Position numbers and translations under genes: made by a program. Positions 12,451-24,417 of a stretch of DNA of 64,000 bases are shown here, piece by piece. The notes beneath the pieces are model-generated. The model was not told where the DNA came from, made no database searches, and saw nothing but the letters and a program-made list of their open reading frames with translations. Location of the stretch: the NCBI GenBank assembly GCA_000320545.1, contig ADNK01000979.1, forward strand, positions 38,805 to 102,804. Direction: 5' to 3'. Numbering within the stretch: the first letter of the stretch is position 1; each line of letters opens with the position of its first letter. This stretch comes from Bigelowiella natans CCMP2755 (Eukaryota > Protista > Cercozoa).

Positions 12451-15400
12451 ACTAACATTAATAGTAATTTGTCGCAGAGAGGCACTCATCAGCAATGCTC
12501 TCGTTGTATTCAATCAACAACTATTTAAGCAAACAAAGATGTGCTTTCTCTTCCTCCTCCTCCTCCTCCTCCTCCTCCCTGTTGTTAGTGTTGGATATGT
12601 TGTGATTACATCTTGTGGACGTCGACTAGGAGGTGGCTCGGAGAATCAAGCAGCTTCCAAACCGTCGCATCCTTCTGTTTTGCCGCTGTGTGTTTCTCAG
12701 TTGTCGAGGAGGAGGAGGAGGGGCGCAGCAGCATCTCTTCCCCATCTCTCTTGCTCCCAGCAGCAGCTTTTTTCCTGCTGCCACTACGACCCCCCCCCCC
12801 CCCTCCCCCATAGATGTCTTCGAAGATCGAAGATCTTTTCCCCCGAGCAAGCTTCTGCTGCTGCTGTGATATCGACAACACAGCAGCGCCTTCCCCAGAG
12901 CCATCATCATCTACCGATATTCTATCCTCGTCGCCGTCTTTGACTTCATCCTTTGGACGTGGACCCCCTCCAAACCCGTGCATCGTCCTCAACTCGAAGA
13001 GATCGTTGATATAGACCAAAACAGGCCATTCTGTCCTGCTCCGCGGTGTGACAAAGCACATTCGCCCTTGGTGCTTAACGTGCGGCACCCAAGCTATGCG
13101 AAGAGGCCTTAGTTGCCCGCTGCTGCTGCTGCCTCGATCGCTACAATCAAACTCTAGGATGGCCCCAGCCGATGCGGATGATGATGGTGGTGGTGGTGGT
13201 GGTGATGATGACATGCCGCTTGGGGAGGCATTGCTGTTTTTAGCATTATTCCTTGTGCCTTTATTCGCCTTTTGTATCTTACCATTCTTCTTGCTAGTCT
13301 TCCCTGCTGCTGCTGCTGCTGCAACCGCCACCTTGTTCTTCGTTGGCGTCGTCTTAGCCATAATTACGAAACGGGGCCCGGAGACAGACGACCACGAAGA
13401 GCCTGCGCTGGGGGGGATGAGGACTTGAGAGATACGCAAACCAGGTAAAATAGACTTCTCGTGCAATGGCGAGAGGGTGATGAGATCCCACACGACGAGG
13501 CGCGACTTTGTGCAGGAAACGAGGTACTTCGATACAATCCCGACGCACAGGACGCGTTCGCTTGGAGCCCCCATGGAGAGGGTGTTGAGGAGGGTTAGGT
13601 TACTCTTCGCATCCCACAGTGTCAGAATCTGGCCATACGATATGCACAGAATGGAACCGTCCTGGCTGCAGCACATTGTCTTCGCAGGGTATGAATCCTT
13701 GAACTCCCCTCCGTCTACCCCCTTCCATATTACGCTGCTACTGCTCGAAGAACCCAGTCCCAAGGCACGAGATTCTGTTTCGGATAGAGAGGGCTGCCCT
13801 GCCCACCTTTTGAATGTATTATCGTCCGCGAGAGTCACTAAAACAGGGGTGGTAGAGCCACCCCCCGAAGAACGAGGATTTGTGGATGACGGAGAAGCAG
13901 AGAGGGGCTGGAACATGATTTCAATGATTTTGCCCTTGTGTGGGCTCCGTATGGTTGTTATGAGGGTAAAGCCAGATCGAGATTTGGAGGAGGAGGAGGA
14001 GGAGGAGGAGGAGGAGGAGGAGCGTCTATGCTGCCGCTGCTGCTGCTGCTGCTGCTGCTGAGGGCTATTTCGACACCACAACTTGAGTGTGCTCTCCATT
14101 CCCAAGCGATGATCACTAATGCTTGTTTCAACGGTAGCAAGCCACACACCCTTGTTGTCCAACTCCCAGTGGTCAATGCACTCAGAAGCAGTCAACACGC
14201 GCTCCTTGCTTTCCTGCTTTTCTGTGCGAGAGACTTGTGCTCGCATAGAAATGCTGATTTCGGAGGCATGACGGCCGATCATTCCGCCCGGAGCACTCCA
14301 TAATGGATCGAAGAATTGAAGCCTTCCAGGCACTCCTCGACAAATGACGAGGTTATCCCGATTGTCCACTTTCAGACACTCGGTGCGGCCGCCAACGCCT
14401 CCTTCCTCCCGCTCCCCAGGGAGGGTGTGCGCAAGTGCCAGTCCCTTGACATACAAAAACGGCTTTGATTCGACTGCGTTGATGAAGAGAAGGGAGTTGT
14501 CCCTCATCGTGAGTGCATAGGTTTGTGAATCTGGTGCTAACGTGATGTGGTTGATCACGGAGCCCAATCGGGGCAGGTATTGGCGGTATTTTGTCTCGAG
14601 CTGCCATATCACCAGTACAGCTTCCTCCCCCCCTGTGTACATGTAGGTCCCGTCCTGGCTGAACGCAATGGCATGCACAGCATGCGCGTGCCAGTGTAGA
14701 AAGCTCGTGGCGTAAGATTTATCGTCGAAGAAATTGTACCAGAAGACAACCCTTCCCATCTGATTCCCCGTAGCGATGAAGGAGGGGAAAAGAGGGTGGA
14801 ACGTCAACGCCGTGACTTTCGATGACATCGTTCGGTTTCGGATCTCAGGATTGTGGTAGCGAAAACGGGGAGGGGATTGATTTGTGTCGATGAGGTTACA
14901 GGCCGAAAGACAACGGTGGTAAGCAACTGCAAGGATGGAACGAGACGAATCAATAGCGAGGAAGTTATTCCCCCTCCCTCTCAAAATCGTTTTCAGCAGT
15001 GCGTTGCCCTGCCCAAAGCGGAGCTCTGCGCACATCACACTGAACGGTGTTAATTCTCTAATCGGGGCTGTCGGGTCAGCATGCAATTCCATTTCTGTCG
15101 TTTTGTTGGACCCGTTATTAGCAGCGGTTGTTCCTCCTTTTCTGGACTTCCTCTGTTTTCCCTGCTTGCCAGTTGTTTCAAACTCATCTCCTGTCACAGT
15201 GACATAGAGTACAAAATCTGGCTTTCCCTTATTCTTTCGCCGCTTCTTCTTGCTCTGCCCATTCTCTTCGACATCCTTAATTTGGCCGTTTGAGGATGAT
15301 AATTGCTTTTCATCACTGTCGAGAGCTCTTTTGCTGCCTGGTTGTGAGAAGCCTCTGGCATGCGCTAATACCATTCGTTGGATCGGCAGTGCACAGGACT

Positions 15401-15901
15401 CCGCTTTGTTCTTCTTCTTCTTGTTGTTGTTGTTGCGGTTTGTGCATGCCTATTATCAAGGAGGAGGGATGATTATCATGGATTTTTGTTTGGGGGGTTG
15501 GATTTGCCAAAAACGATAGTGAGCAACAAGACGACAGACAGGAAAAATTACAGGCATCTAGTATGAGAACAACACTTTACCTTCCACGTACACAAGCACG
15601 ATTCTTCCGTATAATCCCAGAGCTTGATGCATCCATCTAGCGCGCAGGTCAGTATTTGAAACCTGTTGATGGGGTTGAGCATTATGCCCGTGATTTTCTG
15701 CGTGTGCCCCTGAAGTGACCCCAGCGGTGAGGAGCTCCCATGGGCATGTATTCTAACAAAGCGACCAGCCGCCACGAAAAAGAACTTCGAGTCATGGGAG
15801 TAAACAATTGGGTGTTCGTGGATCACGCCTCCAGAACTGCGAACTCCTTCATCCGAAAGTAGGTTTACGACTGACTCAGCAGAGCCCGTGTGAGTGTCCA
15901 T
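11200..15901 (-). CDS. WDR75: WD40-repeat t-UTP protein WDR75/UTP17 (Nan1), rRNA biogenesis
   Basis: Hallmark segment LHWHAHAV..AFSQDGTYMYTGGEEAVLVIWQLETKYRQYLPRLG; N-terminal WD repeat (GHTQKIT...DGCIKLWD). Intron 15580-15450 joins in phase. Small 3' exons end ...KKRKKKKLK* at 11200. Confidence 0.88.
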
Positions 15902-16256
15902 TGTCGATCGGCAACTCGCAGCAAACGCGATTGATACACTCACGAGCACCTATGCACCCACATAAAGTTGATGATTAAACCTAAATTCTGATCAAATATC
16001 ATCTCGAAGACGCTCACCGAGTGAGAAGTGGCATGATAATTCCCGGAACAGGGTGGACGGGGTGGGCCGCCTTCGTGTAGGCCCTTCGGCGGTGCTGTCT
16101 GACTGCTTGCTCCGACGATAAAATCGGGCTGTTCGGTAGTGCCCGGGTTTCGTTTCAAGTGTTGTCGCGATGTAGTAAACCCAGGAGAAATACATGGAAA
16201 TTTGAGAGGCCCACCAAGGAGCAAAAAGGTTCAGTTGTTGGCGAAATATCACCGAA

Positions 16257-17442
16257 ATGCAGGCCAATTCCAGGATCGTAGTTCTGTCGCCGAGACCCTA
16301 CGAGTTAACCCGCTGCGATCGGCTTCCGAAAGGGATGCGGGCCGTCCCGCCCCTTCTCCGCGCGATCTCAGGGGTGCACAGGGTTCACCTAATTGCCGTT
16401 GTACTGATCACTGTAGGGACAATCGCTTCAATGGCCATGGTTTCTGAACTGCCGGTAAATCAGTTGAAATGGCCCCCTTTGCGCTGGAGCGTTGATGAAC
16501 TAGCATGTCAGGTTGTGAGGTCGACGTCGCCCAGAATAGCAACAGAAGGGCTGGAAGTATCTAGAGAGCAATTTCCTAAGAGGTATGAATTCCCTTTCTG
16601 AAGTCGAGTTTATACATCATCACTCCTTGACTGTGTGCGCATAGTAGAAAGTATCAGCTTTTGGCCCGCCGCATAAGAGGAGGCAGCTATTTTGTAGACA
16701 ATGACTACCAAAGGGTAAATTGGAATCAGGTACCATAATCAAGTCACGAAAGACTTTTCCTCTCAGTGAAGTTGTTCTACCTAAATGTAGGTTATGCATA
16801 ACGATGCAATTCAAAAGTACATGGATGAGGTGCGTTCTTCTATACATATCATTTTTGCTTCAACCACTTCCTAAGAGCAGGAGAGATGTTGATAGAAGAC
16901 AGAATGCAATGAATATTAATGAAATTATACAATTTATTGTGGCATCTAAACTTAGGAACATGTCCTCGAGTTAGACGCCAAGGTAGCAGCAATCGTTGCC
17001 TTTGTCGTCGCCGTTGTCATCACGATTAAACCTTCTTTCTAAATGATCTTGTCCTTTTGTTTCGTGAAAGTGTAAGTGGATCGAGCACCCTTTTAAAAAC
17101 TATACGTGGATCCAAAAGTAAGAATAAAAATAGCTTCAGCCACAATTGTGCACGAGCTTAAAGCTTCATTCGATGATGGATCTATTTCTCAAAATCCAGG
17201 ACGGAAGACCGGGAGGCTTTCGTGGAAATATATGGTTCTGTTCCTTTTACCCCCTTTCCTCTTATTGTGTAAGAGATAGTAGAGTAACTTTGCTGACAAC
17301 GAGTTGGTTTCAGTACCGTTGGAACATTGGATGCAACGGTCGCAGTTAGACGTAAACATCGGAATCAGAAGTGTCAAGGTTACGGTCTTCCCTCGCGAGC
17401 CTTCTCAGGGCCAAAACATGACGGTAGTAGAAGTTATAGTTA

Positions 17443-17475
<33 letters not shown>

Positions 17476-18347
17476 CAGCAGCAGTAGTTGTGGTAACAGC
17501 ACCAAAGCAGAGGCTAGCACCATGCATTGCAGCACCAGCACCAGCAGTATTGGTGTCAATTGGAGTTGGCACGATTTTTGTTCGATTTATTCCCTGAATT
17601 TTGAAAGTAGTACGATTTCATCAGATATTAGAAGGCAAACTAGATGGCCTTATAGATAAGGAGGATGGGTACGACGTCCAGGACAAAATGCACAGAAAAT
17701 AAGAAAAATGATAATAAGAAGAAGAGAGAAGAAAAAGAAGAAGAAGACTGCATACAAACGTTCAATTCATTATTTTAAATTGTTTCATGAGCTGGAGCAA
17801 TACTTTTCATGAAGGGCGTCGTACTGGACAATAGAGTACTTTAAATATAAGCGTTGTGTCAAGGTACCATCTATTGATTAAAGTTCGAATAGATTGTAGA
17901 AGGTGTACTTTAAACACTAATAGATTTGTTTCGTTGAATTCTTTTGGCAAAGGCTAGCAATCAATAAATTTCCAAAACTTTAGTTAATCTGGAATGCTCC
18001 ACAAATTTTTTACATCGTCCTAATAGCACATGTATTTCTCTCAGATAGCGCTGAAGAAGAGCGACCCTCATACATGGGACTTCTGCTTCAAAAAGTTAGT
18101 TGATCGAAGATATCACGGACAGGCACAAAATCACGTTTCTTTCATTCAACTTAGGTATCCCGAGTATGTAAATGGAACGAACCGAAACTGCGAACATCAA
18201 GCAGGGGTTATTATCTACACAACCTCGCTCGTACGGATTTAAGTGATTTTGTAATATATATTTTAGCTTTTCAAGGAAATGCCAGTTGGAACCTACGATG
18301 AAGTTGTTAGTCAATCACGGGAATTGCTCATGGGGCCTAAAAAATAG
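16257..18347 (+). CDS. Multi-exon CS/p23 (NudC-like) domain protein with a hydrophobic N-terminal leader
   Basis: Exon peptides YTWIQ / VSVPLEHWMQRSQLDVNIGIRSVK / ILEGKLDGLIDKEDG / SYWTIE / IALKKSDPHTWDFCF match the CS-domain pattern. N-terminus has LIAVVLITVGTIASMA. Start is 16257 or 16335. Confidence 0.6.
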
Positions 18348-18682
18348 TGATCTGCCTCTCCCCCAGCTCACTAGATATTTCTCCAGACCCTAGCGAAGCG
18401 GCGATCCTAGCTTATTTCAATAGGCAAATACATGTGATTTTTTTTTGCCTCTTTCTTTGAATCAAGTTCTATGTTACCAACGCACCATTGATGAAGAGCT
18501 GCATACTTGTCTGTGAGGGTAGCGGGACTTTCTCGTCGAGATGCGTCAATGATTGATTTTGAACTTCCATAGGGGGAGAAATTATATATGGAGCTTAGAG
18601 GGGTGTAAGTTGTGGCAGAGAAATAGAGAATAACTTGATGACCGGGAATTACAACATCCATTCTGGTTGGTCTTAGAGCCAT

Positions 18683-18725
18683 AAAGGCTATAAGCGTAAA
18701 GGCTATAAGCGTAAATGCTATAAGT
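18683..18725. repeat. Short tandem repeat, about 3 x 15 bp (AAAGGCTATAAGCGT)
   Basis: Seen directly; the third copy is degenerate. Confidence 0.8.
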
Positions 18726-19496
18726 GGTGGATCTTCCGCAATAGCTTGCAGCAATAAAACACAGTGATACCACACCATCTAGCCATGCCTACTATGCTAG
18801 AAGTGCAGGATTAAGGCTACAAATATTTGCATGGCTAGATGGCGTAGTAGGGCGCACGCTACGCTAGCACGCACTACTAGTAGTGTAGCTCAACATGTTG
18901 CATATATATGCAAGCAAATGAAGCTTTGGTGTAGAAAGCGGTAGTACATGTAATGTACGTGTGCGCACTGGTAGCTAGGTAGGCTTGCTAGCTTGTGTCT
19001 ATACCCATGTGCTTACGTACATGCACGGCGTGCTGCAAAAACACGTCAGCGCAGGCTAGCAGGCCTGCCTAGCTGCAGCTGATCTAGCTGATTCGATGTG
19101 AGCGCGAGTAGCACATACATATATTCATAGCATGTCATTTACATAAGGTGGTGGAAATGTATACTTGCATGTGCAATAATTAACATTGCATAACATATTT
19201 GATCTTTAGCCAGCCCTACCGCTGGTGCAACGCGATATATACAATGCAACACTCCAAACAAGAATAAATCCCAGTTGGACATTATGCACATAATAACTAT
19301 TGCTGTTTCAATCATGTATGGCATGTTGAACTATGCAGTACGTATTACTAAGAGTCGTTTACCCGAAATGTCCATCATTACAAGGAGGTTTGTACAAAAT
19401 CGGTGGGCTTGTCACTGAGACTTCTATTACTGAGGCAGTTTTACACCACTCGGATTGGTTCGGTTTTCGATCTGCTTTCGCTCTCCGAAACTCTTG

Positions 19497-20419
19497 TCAC
19501 CTGTCAACCATCTGTACATTCCGAATCTGCAACAACATAATAATCAGCGCTAGCCATGTATTGAGTAATAGGATCTACCATTTTTCTCACTCTCTCCAGC
19601 TGTTCCTTGCTTCCACCCATACAGGAATCTGGGGTGTATGGCGGTGATAGCTTCATGTCGTCGAATATGGCGATATTTTTGCCTTCCCATCTCACCGATT
19701 GCGGAAATCTGTTATTCGGTGGCATAATTGTCAGTAATCAAAATAAGAGGTATCTGAGTGTAAATACATCTTCTCCAATTTGTTGAAGATGAGCTGCGCC
19801 TTCGGTGGAATTCCAACTCCGATCTTCATAGCCTCTTTCTTTCGCTCTCTCAGAGCATTATCTTCCCTTTTCTTAACAGCTTCAATTTTCACTGCCAATT
19901 TTCCTCTTGGAATATTGGTTGTACTTTTCTTCAGCACTCTTACCCCCCTAATACATATCGTGTTAGTCGCCAGTTCATTCGTATCGGTAGCATGTATTTC
20001 CATTTTTAAAAAAAAAACTTACTCGATATTGTGCAGTGAAATAAAGACTATTTTCTTTTCTCCTAAATCTGTTAAAATCGATTTCGTAAGAATCCATGTC
20101 GGTAACAAAAGCAAAATAAATACGTAACCTAGTACGACACAGCCAGTTTTTGAATCGATACAATCTACAGTTCCCTGAAATTTCCCATGCCTAGTACTTA
20201 TCTGGACAGTCGAGCCAAATACCAGTTGCTGCGCAAGAAGTTCTTTCTGTATTATTAACAAATAAGTACGATTTTAAATTTTTTCTCCCGCTTACAGTGG
20301 TGAAGAAAATATTTTTTCCTATCTCTCATCTCTTTCACCATCTTCCTCTCTCACATTCACCCTCTCTCTCTTATTCCTGTTCATCTCACCCGGCTTAGTT
20401 GAGCCTCCAGATGTGCCAT
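19497..20419 (-). CDS. LSM12: LSM12-like protein (Lsm fold plus anticodon-binding AD domain)
   Basis: GSTVQISTRHGKFQGTVDCIDSKTGCVVL; IGVGIPPKAQLIFNKLEK; VRWEGKNIAIFDDMKLSPPYTPDSC...LERVRKM. The 3' end is uncertain (about 19430-19497). Confidence 0.85.
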
Positions 20420-20733
20420 TCTGGGGTTGCTACTTTTCTTCGTCGACGCAGTTGAAACCTGTTGTGAGCGGGAGAGCAGCTTTACAGGTCCCGCTACTGC
20501 GACAACCTATTTTGATCGGCGCTGGGTGAATATTCATGTTATTTTTACAAATTATTGCGGAAAGAAGACCTTCCGTTGTATTCGTGTAAAATAAAGCCCT
20601 TTTTGGGGGAAAATCCTTGGGGTTTGATGCTGAAAGCAACAAGACTCAGTTTATTTTTCCTCGGAGAATAATCGCAAATCCCATCTGCTCGTAAGACGCT
20701 GCCTGCTCAGACCGTGCTCCCCCCGCTGAAGAT

Positions 20734-22354
20734 ATGGATGGATGGTCGGATATGGAAAGTGGGTATGGTTGGGCGAAAGCGGGATGCTTCGATGTTTATA
20801 ACAAGCAAAGGTATTCACTTTTTTAATGTTCCGAAATGATCTTGATTGGATACATGCAACAGTGCAAGAACGAATGTAAATGAGAAGGCTCATGAAAGGG
20901 AACTTCAAGAATTCATGGTTAGCAGAGATAAGAAAGCTGCAACAGATAAAGCTTCCTGGTTTAAGAAGCGCAAACGAAAAAGGAAAAGTAAAAAGGATGA
21001 AAGGACATCAAGAGCGAAATATAAAAGCCTTAAGCTTAAACCGAAGGGGAAATCCGCTGAGTTTAGGATGCTTAAAAAAGCAGACACTTCCTCTACCTCT
21101 GGATTTTCTAAGGAAACAAAAAAGAAAGGAAAAACTGAAACCATAGAGCTTCTAAGTGACTCCGATGACGAACACGAGAGTAGTTATATCCCCTCCTGCG
21201 ATCGAGCCAGTTTCTCTGCGCACCTAACATTTTGGGGCACTTTAAAAAGTGGTAAAGCGACCATTCAGTATTTTCCCGAATATTTGAAGATCCAATTTAA
21301 AATGAGGTCATCAATATCAATTTTCTACAAAGATGTGCAAGAATACTGTGTAAATAAAACGTCGGCACCTTTCTGGGTCGCAATTCGGTGGTCAGGATCT
21401 GAACATGGAGAGCACTATGATCCATCGAGCCATAAGACCTTAAAGAGATATATTCTTCTTTTTTTCGAGGGAAACGATTACAAGGCAACTATCTACAATA
21501 AAATCGAACGGAAAATTAATATAAGCTACCTACGAGAACATAAAATTGTTCCAAAATCTGTCGAAATTAAGGAATTTTCAAAGTATGGAGTGACTAAACA
21601 GAGAATTTCGATCGCCCGAAGATCGCCTGAGCATTCCGATTTTCTCGTCAAGTATGGACCAGATGCTAATGATACGATTGTGATAACGTCTGATGACATA
21701 CAAAGACTAGAACCTGGTGAATTTCTCAACGATACTCTTATTGACTTTTACATGAAATTCATTTACCATGACATTTTTAGTGCTTTAGAAAGGACTAGGG
21801 TTCATTTTTTCAACTCATTTTTCTTCACGAAATATCGTGATAGTAAACCGGGTGTGCGCTATCAAAGTGTCAAAAAATGGACAAAGTATGACATCTTCAG
21901 GAAGAAATTCATTGTAATTCCAATAAATGATAGTTTGCACTGGAGTCTCGTTGTAGTTTGTTATCTTGGAAGTTTATTGGGCTACGGGAGCGAAAACCAT
22001 AAGCTTAAAGCTCCAACCCCTTGTATGTTATATTTTGATTCTATGCTCACTAAAGGGGCCTCAAAACGTTTCTGTCCGTTGCTTCGAGCGTATTTACACT
22101 CAGAAATCAAACGGAAGAAGGATAGAAACATCAGTATTACCGAGGAAATTCTTCCAGTATACGAGATGAGGGTTCCACAGCAAGATAATTGTAGTGATTG
22201 CGGCCTTTTCCTTTTACAATATGCAGAGTGCTTTGCAAAAAATCCATTAGTCCATGATGCAACACCGGAGCAGTGTGCAAAATGGTTTGATTCGAGAGCT
22301 GTTTCAAGCAAACGGATAAAAATGAAGCAAATATTGTATAAATTACAACAATAG
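20734..22354 (+). CDS. Ulp/SENP-family SUMO protease (peptidase C48, Ulp2/SENP6-7-like)
   Basis: LEPGEFLNDTLIDFY, HFFNSFFF, IPINDSLHWSL (catalytic His), YFDSM (Asp), VPQQDNCSDCGLFLLQY (Cys). A short first exon MDGWSDMESG splices into the 502-aa ORF. Confidence 0.92.
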
Positions 22355-22959
22355 CTATTGATCTTGGTACAATGATCTTGATGTGATGTGTCGTGATGTG
22401 ATGTGTCGCACAATGCAATAGTTCCTCTGTAGACCTCCTCACTCGCATCGCTATTACAGTTGCAAGGGAGTGATGTCATTGATGAGCGTGCAGCACACAA
22501 GACAGCGTGTGAAATGCAGGGAGTGCACTCATGACAGACGTGTGCAATGTGATGCATGTGCAATTTGTGTAGCATCACTGTGTCTGACAATGAATTTCAT
22601 CCTAGAATCGCCATCTAGCCATGATGCTGGCATGTGCACGTCTTGTCTGGATGTGTCATACCACGCACAGTGCCAAAATGGTGGTTCATGAGCGTGTGCT
22701 GACAATGGTGGAATGGTTTTTTGATTCGCTCCGCGGTTTGCTAGTTTGTGGCTTGCTCTGCAGTCTAGCAGTCTAGCAGTGCTGGTCGGTGAAGTCAACA
22801 ACTCTTTTGATGTTGCCATGGTGCTTGCAACATGCTAGCATGTGTGACCATGACTTGCTTGCACAACTCATTCAGCATTGCCACAGCTAGACAGTTCGCA
22901 CACATCAATGCGATCTAGGAATGTGATCAGTGACACAGCTAGACACGCTTGTTGGCAAC

Positions 22960-23701
22960 ACATCAGGTTGGCCTTCTGGGGAAACCTGTTTGAGGCATGA
23001 GATATCCATGGTGCACCACATTTCCTCTAACAAAAGGAGCGAGGGAGTTGAAAGAAGAAGGGTGCCAAATGTTCATGAGCACCTTTTCCCACATTCAGGA
23101 CACGGGAACTGTTCAACTATGCCACCCCCTTCATTGTCGCCGTGGTCCCTCCTGCACCCAATTATTGTTCCATTGCTACGGAGTTGCTAGAAGCTGCCGC
23201 AATCCAGCAACTTCCTGTTCAGCTACTGAAAACTTCCCACCGCTCAATTTCAGGTCAGAGCCGAGAAGCCTGGCGCTGAGCATGGACAGGGCAGAGATTC
23301 GCATGTGCTGTTTCTCGAGCAGGTTTTGTTGGTGTCTTTACTTCTCCCATTGCTTCTTGTTCTGAAATTTCCTCATGGTGTTACTCATATCGGCCTAATA
23401 CCTATGTGTAATAAAGTCAAGAAATGCTGTGAAGGAAGAACAACTGAAAAAGCCGACATCAATTCACTCCTGACATGACGTGCAAAGGGCAATTACGGTG
23501 TTTTTCTCCCTGATAGCACTCCCGAGCGATTCCCATCGTTTCCAAATTTATTCATTGTAGTAGCAGTACGTGTTCTGCTACTCCTCAAAGACGTCACCGT
23601 TTTCCGCTCCTAGTTCTTGCGTCGTCGCCATCATGTGTGCATTCTTCGTCATCAACTTCGACATCTTGGTCAATATTTTCCGGTATTGCTGCAGTCTCCA
23701 T
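22960..23701 (-). pseudogene. Probable decayed spliced gene relic
   Basis: Protein-like fragments (METAAIPENIDQDVEVDDEE; MRKFQNKKQWEK*RHQQNLLEKQH...; QFPCPECGKR) are broken by in-frame stops and intron-like GT..AG segments. Confidence 0.4.
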
Positions 23702-24040
23702 GACCTCTGTAAAATGGATTGTAAAAACCTTACTATCTAGAGAAAAAGAGAGAGGGGGGGGGGGGACGGCAGCCTCGCAAGATCGGCTCATCCTCCTCGG
23801 AGTAAGGGATCCAGTACTTCGGAATATTTGGGAATAGGGTTGTTGCTAGGTTGTTGAAGCTTCTACCATTTCCCTTGTATTTTATATATGCGACACGGGA
23901 TATTCTTGTCGCTCACATACCATCCAGAAAGATACCTCATTGTGTCACTGACTGGGGATTCCCTGTCAGAAACCGTGATTTGGCGATCAGAGATAGCCTC
24001 ATTCTCCAGAACATCTCGAGGAAACAGCGACTGTGAAACG

Positions 24041-24366
24041 TGTTGCGCGTAAGGTGTTCACAGGCCGAGGCGCTACGTGCACAAGTAGGCAGGGGGGGGG
24101 AAAGGCACGTTTGCTTCCTTTTGAAGAGTTGTGTTTATTTTTATTAAAGATTATATTTTTATTAAATCGTGCACTGCGTAATCATTCGCGAAGCTTTCGC
24201 GAATGCCGCCGCACGTGGGGCAGCACACTTCCGGTGTGCTGCCATGAGTCCCGCCGGAACCCACGTGCCCATGCTGTATTAATATCTACGTTATCTATAT
24301 TCTATATCCGCGACAACCCCTTTGTTGTCGCACGTGACTTGTGCCCGCGTAGTGGTACGCGCTACA
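24041..24366 (-). repeat. 3' LTR (326 bp)
   Basis: TGTTGCGCGT...TACGCGCTACA; appears identical by eye to 29194-29519. Confidence 0.97.
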
Positions 24367-24376
24367 CCTCCCCCAA
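24367..24376 (-). promoter_or_regulatory. Polypurine tract (PPT)
   Basis: Minus strand reads TTGGGGGAGG directly before the TGTAGC of the 3' LTR. Confidence 0.85.
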
Positions 24377-24417
24377 GTCACGTTGCTCCTTCCTTCCTTC
24401 CTTATTCCCTTAGACCT

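Noticed and set aside
18407-18778. 123-aa minus-strand ORF with an LIAFT repeat
   Set aside because: Partly produced by a 15-bp tandem repeat; no homologous motif recognised, so I cannot support it as a gene.
24033-24413. Repeated ORF (also 29177-29599)
   Set aside because: It is just the LTR read on the plus strand; no sign of coding.
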